A DNA stretch of 64,000 nt, taken from positions 34,713 to 98,712 of the forward strand of contig NZ_JASGET010000118.1 in assembly GCF_047606145.1 (NCBI RefSeq), given 5' to 3'. Both the position numbers and the translations under genes were made by a program. Of this stretch, positions 46,579-52,824 are shown piece after piece. The notes under the pieces are model-generated. The model ran no database searches and had not been told where the DNA came from. It saw only the letters and a program-made list of their open reading frames with translations. Each line of letters begins with the position of its first letter. The first letter of the stretch is position 1. The DNA is from Nocardioides sp. GTDB lineage: Bacteria > Actinomycetota > Actinomycetes > Propionibacteriales > Nocardioidaceae.

Positions 46579-48285
46579 ATGCCCATGTACCAGAGCACCA
46601 CCCAGCCGTTCGGCGGCACTAGTGCCTTCACCGGCCCTGCCGGCGGATCAGCGCTTGCCGTCACCTATCTCCGCGTCTCCACGAAGGAGCAGGCCGAGAA
46701 AGGCGGAACCGACGAAGGCTTCTCCATCCCCGCCCAGCGAGAGGCTAACCATCGCAAGGCCGAGACGATCGGCGCCACGATCATCGAGGAGTTCATTGAC
46801 GCGGGCGAGTCAGCTCGCACGGCGGACCGACCCGACCTGATGCGGATGATCGAGTACGTCCAGACCCACAGGGTCGCCTACTGCATCGTCCACAAGGTCG
46901 ACCGACTTGCCCGCAACCGTGCCGACGACGTGACCATCCACCTCGCGCTGCGCGATGCCGGCGTCATGCTCGTTTCGGCGACGGAGAACATCGACGAGAC
47001 TCCCTCGGGAATGCTGCTGCACGGGATCATGTCCTCGATCGCGGAGTTCTACTCCCGCAATCTGGCCACCGAGGTGGTCAAGGGCATGAGCCAGAAGGCC
47101 GCCAAGGGCGGGACCGTTGGGAAGGCACCGATCGGCTACCTGAACACGATCTTCCGCGACGACGTGGGGCGGGAGGTGCGGGGTGTGACTGTCGACGCCG
47201 AGCGTGCTCCGCTCGTCGAGTGGGCCTTCAAGGCATACGCCTCCGGCGACTGGACCGTCAGTCAGATCACCGACGAACTCAAGGACCGCGGCCTCGCATC
47301 TGTCCCGACACCGCGTCGACCCGCCGGCGCGCTGGTCGTCTCGTCGGTCCACCGAATGCTCACCAATCCGTACTACAAGGGCAACATCGTCTACAAAGGC
47401 GTTCTGTACCGGGGCCAGCACAATGCCCTCGTTCCGCCCGAGGTCTGGTATCAGGTCCAGTCGGTCATGGCGGCTCATAAGACCGCCGCCGACGCGACAC
47501 AAGTCCACAACCACTACCTCAAGGGCAGCGTCTACTGCGGCCAGTGCGGTTCCCGCCTCATCGTCACCAACGCTAAGAACAGGCACGGCAACGTCTATCC
47601 CTACTTCGTCTGCGCTGGGCGACACTCCAAGCGAACCGACTGCACCCGACCGGCCGTGCTGATCGAGATGGTTGAGAAGCTCATCGAGGACTACTACACC
47701 GGCGTCGGACTCACACCGACTCACCGGGACGCTCTTTCGGGGATGCTCCGCTCCGAGTTCGACCGCATGATGGCGGCCGAGACTGAGGAGCTCGAACATC
47801 TCACTGCCTACCGTGACCAGTTGGAGGCCGAGCAGCTCAGACTCCTCCAGGCCCACTATGCCGACGCGATTCCGCTGAACCTCTTGAAGAAGGAGCAGTC
47901 ACGGATCGTCGCCGAGCTGGACCAGATCAGCAGCCGCCTCGAACAGGACCACAACGAGTACGCCGCCATCACCGACACATTGGACAAGTCGCTGGAGGTA
48001 CTCGATGACATCTCCGGCCTCTACGCACGCTGCGACGACGTGACTCGCCGGATGTGCAACCAAGCCTTCTTCGAGAAGATCTACGTCGACGAGGGCAACG
48101 CGATCAGGCCCGCGCTCACCGCGCCGTTCGAGACGCTCCTCGACCCGGAGGTCCACGCCAACGCCCTGACCTGGGCGAAAAAGAAGCACGGGGTTCGCAC
48201 CCCCGCCGGATCTTCTCCGGCAGAGGGTTTGAACCCCGTGCGTCTCGTACCCCCTACCGGATTCGAACCGGCGCTACCGCCGTGA
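46579..48285 (+). CDS. large serine recombinase (integrase)
   Basis: The catalytic region is AVTYLRVSTKEQ...VHKVDRLARN. A recombinase domain and a zinc ribbon (CGQCGSRL...YFVCAGR) follow. The last 38 nt overlap tRNA-Glu antisense, and GC3 drops after about 48177. Confidence 0.9.
   Translation: MPMYQSTTQPFGGTSAFTGPAGGSALAVTYLRVSTKEQAEKGGTDEGFSIPAQREANHRKAETIGATIIEEFIDAGESARTADRPDLMRMIEYVQTHRVAYCIVHKVDRLARNRADDVTIHLALRDAGVMLVSATENIDETPSGMLLHGIMSSIAEFYSRNLATEVVKGMSQKAAKGGTVGKAPIGYLNTIFRDDVGREVRGVTVDAERAPLVEWAFKAYASGDWTVSQITDELKDRGLASVPTPRRPAGALVVSSVHRMLTNPYYKGNIVYKGVLYRGQHNALVPPEVWYQVQSVMAAHKTAADATQVHNHYLKGSVYCGQCGSRLIVTNAKNRHGNVYPYFVCAGRHSKRTDCTRPAVLIEMVEKLIEDYYTGVGLTPTHRDALSGMLRSEFDRMMAAETEELEHLTAYRDQLEAEQLRLLQAHYADAIPLNLLKKEQSRIVAELDQISSRLEQDHNEYAAITDTLDKSLEVLDDISGLYARCDDVTRRMCNQAFFEKIYVDEGNAIRPALTAPFETLLDPEVHANALTWAKKKHGVRTPAGSSPAEGLNPVRLVPPTGFEPALPP
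48187..48240 (-). terminator. intrinsic-terminator-like hairpin downstream of tRNA-Glu
   Basis: CACGGGGTTC (48187-48196) pairs with GAACCCCGTG (48231-48240), and there is an inner CCGGA/TCCGG stem. On the minus strand the hairpin is followed by CTTCTTTTTCGCC. Confidence 0.6.
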
Positions 48286-48320
48286 AAGGGCGGGGTCCTG
48301 GGCCGCTAGACGAAGGGGGC
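48248..48320 (-). tRNA. tRNA-Glu (anticodon TTC)
   Basis: The reverse complement GCCCCCTTCGTCTAGCGGCCCAGGACCCCGCCCTTTCACGGCGGTAGCGCCGGTTCGAATCCGGTAGGGGGTA folds as a cloverleaf. The anticodon loop is CTTTCAC and the T-loop is TTCGAAT. Confidence 0.95.
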
Positions 48321-48492
48321 CCGATCGCTCAGCATAGGGTGCGGCGCCGAGGCGCACCAAAGTCGCCCGTGCGGCGTATGAGTGGCGCTCGCCGTACCGC
48401 GCGGGCCGGCCGCCGTGGCCCGGCAGGTGCTCGATGGCGACGGCCTCGATTGGTGACAGGCCAGCGACCTCCGGTAGTCTCTGGCCTCGCTT

Positions 48493-48566
48493 GGGCAGGT
48501 AGCTCAGTTGGTACGAGCGTCCGCCTGAAAAGTGGAAGGTCGGCGGTTCGACCCCGCCCCTGCCCA
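48493..48566 (+). tRNA. tRNA-Phe (anticodon GAA)
   Basis: GGGCAGGTAGCTCAGTTGGTACGAGCGTCCGCCTGAAAAGTGGAAGGTCGGCGGTTCGACCCCGCCCCTGCCCA folds as a cloverleaf with anticodon loop CTGAAAA. Confidence 0.95.
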
Positions 48567-48593
48567 CAAGCACTGCAGGTTCCTGACCTGCAC

Positions 48594-48626
48594 GAACGCC
48601 CCCGAGACCGAGTCTCAGGGGCGTTC
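48594..48626. terminator. strong hairpin between tRNA-Phe and the convergent gene
   Basis: GAACGCCCC..GAGAC-CGA-GTCTC..GGGGCGTTC gives a 14-bp interrupted stem. There is no clear U-tract. Confidence 0.45.
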
Positions 48627-48728
48627 TGGTGCTCCGGCCGGTAGCAGTCGTGACGGCGAACGTCGCCAGCGCTGGTCTTGCCGAGCCATCACGGTGCAGA
48701 GCAACTCCTGATTACGAGCGTGCGCCGG

Positions 48729-49607
48729 TCAGCCGTCGCCCGGGACGACCTCGAGGCGATAGCTGTCTTCGCTTGGGAGCACCCACCGCCCACCGTCTCC
48801 CGCGTCGACGATGTCGCCGACCTCGCGGTTCTGCTCGGCCAGGCGGACCTTGGCTGGACCGACCGCGAACGGTGTCGGAACCTCCGGCATCGGAGTCCCT
48901 CGTGCATCGGTGACGCTGACGGTCTCGCCCGGCCCGAGGGCCCAGCCGCGGCGGGTCTCCCACTTTTCGCCGAGCGGCATGAGCCGTTCCCCGTCCCGGT
49001 CCAGCCACCATTCGCCTTGCCGCTCCTGGACGACGATCTCGACATCGGTGTCGTCAGGGGCCGCATCGTGGTCGCCGGCTCGGGTGATGAGGACGTGATA
49101 GGTGCCTGGTCCCGGCCGCCACCGGATATGCCTGCGTGGGGCCCGAGGAACGAATGGGGGCATGAAGCCGCGCGCGGTCTCGTCCAGAGGGTGGACATGG
49201 AGGGTGTGGCCATCGATGCAGCCGACGTCGTCGACGGTCTCGCGATCGAGGGTGAGCAGCCACCGTCCCGGCCCGAGCAATGGTTTGGGCGCTTCAGGCA
49301 CCGGACCGTCAGCGGTGTACAGAGCCCACCCGGAGGCGGGCACATCCACAATCGCCTGTGCCCTCGAGGCCCGCGATCCGTCCGGATCTGGGCCGCGCTC
49401 CGGTATGACCCGCAGCCGGACCTCGATGGCGTGCCGGGAGGTGGTCACCAACACCCCACCACGGCCCACCAGCAGTCCCGCCGCGAGTTGCTCCGGCGTC
49501 TCGGGAACGCCCCGTGACGTCCCCAGGCCGTAGCAGTCATAGACGACATCGACGGTTCCCGACCACCACGAAGCCGTGCCTTCCGGCATCGAGGAGCGAC
49601 CCGACAC
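48729..49607 (-). CDS. hypothetical protein
   Basis: GTG 49607 lies 5 nt after GGGGAG and 2 nt after the upstream TAA, so the two ORFs are coupled. An alternative start is ATG 49589. No domain was recognised. Confidence 0.6.
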   Translation of the reverse strand: MSGRSSMPEGTASWWSGTVDVVYDCYGLGTSRGVPETPEQLAAGLLVGRGGVLVTTSRHAIEVRLRVIPERGPDPDGSRASRAQAIVDVPASGWALYTADGPVPEAPKPLLGPGRWLLTLDRETVDDVGCIDGHTLHVHPLDETARGFMPPFVPRAPRRHIRWRPGPGTYHVLITRAGDHDAAPDDTDVEIVVQERQGEWWLDRDGERLMPLGEKWETRRGWALGPGETVSVTDARGTPMPEVPTPFAVGPAKVRLAEQNREVGDIVDAGDGGRWVLPSEDSYRLEVVPGDG

Positions 49608-49609
49608 GG

Positions 49610-49852
49610 TTACTCCCCGCCACAGACGACGATGGGACCCGCCGCGCCGTTCTCGGCGCGCGACTCCTTCTCCCCCGAACACGGAGCCGGCGAGGCCGGT
49701 GATACCCGGACGAAGACCTGCGTCTCAGCTGAGGTCCCGCTCGATGGGTGCGTTGCCACGACACCGTCGACCTGACGCTGACTCACCCGGCTCGGCGTCT
49801 CGCTCCCATGCAGGGCACCGGCAACCCCGTCAACCTCTTCTCTGCTGCCCAT
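49610..49852 (-). CDS. small hypothetical protein
   Basis: GAGGTGG lies 7 nt upstream of ATG 49852. It is 80 aa, with GC3 about 75%. Confidence 0.45.
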   Translation of the reverse strand: MGSREEVDGVAGALHGSETPSRVSQRQVDGVVATHPSSGTSAETQVFVRVSPASPAPCSGEKESRAENGAAGPIVVCGGE

Positions 49853-50106
49853 CACCCGACCACCTCGACCCAATAGTTGTCGCCGTCCTCGAGGCACGGC
49901 TCGTGCAAGACCCGCCGAGCGCTGCTCCGGTTCCCGAGCTCCACCTGTCAGGATCCCTGGACATGCCACAGACGCGCTCGCGCACCCTTGACCGTGGCGG
50001 CGAAGAACCACTACTCACGCTATGACTCGACCCAAGATTCTCACACTGCGTCGCGCAACTCTGTTGGCTTCGATGAGTGCGCTCACCGGGCGCGAGCCGG
50101 CCGTTC

Positions 50107-50400
50107 AGGGACGCAGTAGCGTCTTGATCGCGCGACGCTCGTCCATCGCTGCGTATCCCTCGGCCACCTGTTCCAGCCGCAGGATGAGGTCGAAGACCCT
50201 ACCGGGGTCGGTGCTGCCGGGCGAGGATCAACCGATCAGGTCCGGCAGGAAGCGACGACCCGGCACCGGCCATCTCGGCGCGGATCGCGGTGACGTCGCC
50301 GCCCACCCCTTCAACGATGCCGACGTCGGTCGTCGGCGGGTGTCGAGTCGGACGTCACCGGCGTACAGAAGCGTTCCCCGCCTGAGGCGCTCTTCCTTCT
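50107..50400 (-). pseudogene. degraded Zn-dependent alcohol dehydrogenase/MDR-family remnant
   Basis: Minus-strand fragments lie in different frames: GTLLYAGDVRLDT, GIVEGVGGDVTAIR and VFDLILRLEQVAEGYAAMDERRAIKTLLRP*. This indicates frameshifts and deletions. Confidence 0.55.
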
Positions 50401-50423
50401 CCGAAGTCGTCGGCTGACGTCGT

Positions 50424-50825
50424 TCAGATGCCGGTCCCGGAGGCCGGGTCGAGACGCAGCGTGGTGGCGACGGCCTGTTCGGCGAGCATCGCCGGCAGAT
50501 AGGTGTCGCGGTAGCGGGCGTACTTGGCTCGATAGGCGGCGTCGATCGCGTCTCGCTGCCGCGAGCCGGACGGGCTGAAGACGACATCGACCTGACGGCC
50601 ACCGACCCGAACGACACCGAGTGGGTCAGCCGTGGCATGTCGATACCAGGCTCCGCCGGTGCCGCGGTACGACCGGACATAGAGGGTGCCCCCGAGTGCC
50701 ACGACCCAGATCGGCACGAGGCCTCGAAGGGTGCCGTCGTGGCGACGAGTACCGACCTCGATCTCCTCCGCCGAGGAGAACACGTCGAGCGCCTCGCGCG
50801 GCCACGCGGGTCCTGGGTTCGTCAT
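50424..50825 (-). CDS. DUF2255-family protein
   Basis: The start is ATG 50825 (MTNPGPAW...). The blocks PIWVVALGGTLYVRSYRG...WYRHA...IDAAYRAKY match the family as remembered. Confidence 0.7.
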   Translation of the reverse strand: MTNPGPAWPREALDVFSSAEEIEVGTRRHDGTLRGLVPIWVVALGGTLYVRSYRGTGGAWYRHATADPLGVVRVGGRQVDVVFSPSGSRQRDAIDAAYRAKYARYRDTYLPAMLAEQAVATTLRLDPASGTGI

Positions 50826-51052
50826 CGAGCAGCCTCCGGACATCGCGGCCGGACGAGGCTCCGGCCATCCATCGCTCCACACTGCCACGGCCCGCCCGCG
50901 CTGTCATGCGTCGAATCGAGCCTGACGGATCGTCGCGATGCACGAGCTCACCCGTCCAGGACATCCGGCCGCGCGCAGGCGTGGGAGGTCGACTCAGCGG
51001 GGGGTACTGACGCAACCTCCCTCCCCCGACGGGCGCTCGTAACGTTGAGGGC

Positions 51053-51937
51053 GTGGACAACCGAGCCGACGTCCGGGACTTTCTCGCGACCCGACGCGCC
51101 AAACTGACCCCCGAGCAGGTCGGACTGCCGACCGGTGGTCGCCGTCGCGTCCCGGGGCTGCGCCGAGAGGAGGTCGCGGTGCTGGCCGGGGTCAGCACCG
51201 ACTGGTACATCCGGCTGGAGAAGGGCCACATCGCGGGCGTCTCCCACGACGTCCTGGACGCCGTCGCTCGCGCCCTCCGACTCACCGACGTCGAACGCGA
51301 GCACCTGTTCAACCTCGCCCGTGCCGCCACACCGGTCCGCGCACCGCGCGGACGCACCAAGGACCAGGTGCCGCCCAGCGTGCAGCGGGTGCTCGACTCG
51401 ATGAGCGGCGCCGCCGCCTTCGTCCGCACCGGCCGCCTCGACATCGTCGCCAGCAACGCCTTGGGCCGCGCCCTGTATTCGCCGGTCCTGGACGAACCGG
51501 CGCACGGCGGCAACATCGCCCGCTTCGACTTCCTCGACCCGCGCGCCGCCGGCTACTACCCCGACTACGAGGGAGCCCTCGCGGTCGCGGTGGCGCTGCT
51601 GCGCACCGAAGCCGGCCGCAACCCACACGATCCGGACCTCACCGCGCTCATCGGTGAGCTCGCCACGCGGAGCGAGGCGTTTCGCACCCGGTGGGGTGCC
51701 CACGACGTCCGCGCCCACCGCGGCGGCGTCAAGACCTTCAACCACCCGGTCGTCGGCCTTCTCGAGCTGGCGTACGACTCCATGGAACTGGTCGCCGCCC
51801 CCGGCCTGATCCTCACCGCCTACACCGCCGAGCCCGCCACCCCGTCCGCCGACAACCTCGGGTTGCTTGCCTCCTGGGCGGCGACCGAACACGAGGCCGA
51901 CGAGCCCGACCGTCGGGCCAACCGCACCGCCGACTGA
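51053..51937 (+). CDS. MmyB-like XRE-family transcriptional regulator
   Basis: It contains LRREEVAVLAGVSTDWYIRLEKGH followed by an MmyB-type C-terminal domain. The start is GTG 51053. Confidence 0.8.
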   Translation: MDNRADVRDFLATRRAKLTPEQVGLPTGGRRRVPGLRREEVAVLAGVSTDWYIRLEKGHIAGVSHDVLDAVARALRLTDVEREHLFNLARAATPVRAPRGRTKDQVPPSVQRVLDSMSGAAAFVRTGRLDIVASNALGRALYSPVLDEPAHGGNIARFDFLDPRAAGYYPDYEGALAVAVALLRTEAGRNPHDPDLTALIGELATRSEAFRTRWGAHDVRAHRGGVKTFNHPVVGLLELAYDSMELVAAPGLILTAYTAEPATPSADNLGLLASWAATEHEADEPDRRANRTAD

Positions 51938-52028
51938 CCCGGCCTGACCGCGGCCGGGCTTGGATGGACGCGGCTCCGCGCCCATGGGTGTCACGAGGAG
52001 GCCACCACGCACCTCGTAGCCTCATCGG

Positions 52029-52388
52029 GTGATCGAGTACGGCGCCCGGACCAGGCCGATGCCCGCACCGGCCGACATCGTGTTCGACGACCTCGCCTCG
52101 CCCAGGGCCACCGGCACCAGGGCATGGCTGCTCCTGCTCGACGACGAGCGGCCACCGACCGTCATCGAGTCCGACCGGCCGCGCCACCTGGTCTGGTCCT
52201 CGCTCTGGACGAAGCGGCCCGAGGACCGCGTCGTCCTCGATCTCACCACCGGCAGCCGCGGCGACAGTCGCCTCGGCTTCACCCTTCTGGCCGCAGGAGA
52301 CCCGCCGGACGAAGCGCTCACCGGACACATCCGCAAGCGCATCAACCAGCTCCTCTTCGCCGGCCTCCGCTCGACCTACGGGCAGTAG
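52029..52388 (+). CDS. small SRPBCC-like hypothetical protein
   Basis: GC3 is high. The start is uncertain (GTG 52029 or ATG 52059), and the fold assignment is weak. Confidence 0.5.
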   Translation: MIEYGARTRPMPAPADIVFDDLASPRATGTRAWLLLLDDERPPTVIESDRPRHLVWSSLWTKRPEDRVVLDLTTGSRGDSRLGFTLLAAGDPPDEALTGHIRKRINQLLFAGLRSTYGQ

Positions 52389-52430
52389 GCCATGCGCGAG
52401 TCCGGACCGTGAGGAGTGCGCGCCGAATCG

Positions 52431-52697
52431 CTACGCGAGCGCCATGAACAGCTTCTCCATCTTCTTCGCGTCGACGCCCTCGAGTCCCTCCTCGGACTCC
52501 AGACACCGTTGTAGGCCAGTCGCGACCACCGAGTAGCCAGCACGACTCAGCGCCTTGGTGACGGCGGCGAGCTGGGTGAGCACGTCCTCGCACTCCGCGC
52601 CCTCCTCCATCATCCGGATCACGCTGGCCAGGTGTCCGTGCGCCCGCTTCATCCGCAGAGTCGCGGCGCTGATCTCGTTCGGCTCCAGTTGCACCAT
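52431..52697 (-). CDS. CsoR/RcnR-family (DUF156) metal/thiol-sensing repressor
   Basis: The start is ATG 52697. The sequence is LRMKRAHGHLASVIRMMEEGAECEDVLTQLAAV...GLQRCL. Confidence 0.85.
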   Translation of the reverse strand: MVQLEPNEISAATLRMKRAHGHLASVIRMMEEGAECEDVLTQLAAVTKALSRAGYSVVATGLQRCLESEEGLEGVDAKKMEKLFMALA

Positions 52698-52754
52698 GGC
52701 TCGTCCCACCCTCTCGCAGGTCCCATCGCCGCAGTCTCCGGCACCCTGGATTGT

Positions 52755-52804
52755 ATCCCCCATGGGGGTTCTGTTACGGTCTCGCATATCCCCCAGGGGG
52801 GATA
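52755..52804. promoter_or_regulatory. two CsoR-type G/C-tract palindromic operators in the divergent promoter
   Basis: The sites are ATCCCCCATGGGGGT (52755-52769) and TATCCCCCAGGGGGGATA (52787-52804). They lie between the repressor gene and the MMPL gene. Confidence 0.7.
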
Positions 52805-52824
52805 AAGCGCGAGAAGGAGAGTCC

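Larger units (their letters stand above)
20386..48247 (+). mobile_element. putative T4SS-type integrative conjugative element (core), serine-recombinase dependent
   Basis: All genes are co-oriented. Replication (prim-pol), DNA-processing, mating-pore, coupling-protein, anti-restriction and recombinase modules are present, and the run ends at tRNA-Glu. The boundaries are not proven, and the left end could instead lie near 9.2-9.3 kb. Confidence 0.55.

Noticed and set aside
48187-48240. The 54-bp imperfect palindrome considered as an intact attP of the serine recombinase.
   Set aside because: An intact attP is not expected in an integrated element. On the minus strand the hairpin is followed by a T-rich tract directly downstream of tRNA-Glu, so an intrinsic terminator is the simpler reading. 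A role in recombination is not excluded; see the findings.
48274-48573. 99-aa minus-strand ORF spanning both tRNA genes.
   Set aside because: It is the translation of tRNA-Phe antisense and tRNA-Glu sense sequence (..GGVEPPTFHFSGGRSYQLSYLP..), which is an artefact.
49610-49852. The 80-aa protein ending ..VVCGGE considered as a Pup/ubiquitin-like modifier.
   Set aside because: Only the C-terminal GGE resembles Pup. The protein lacks the acidic helical Pup sequence, and no ligase, deamidase or E1-like gene lies nearby.
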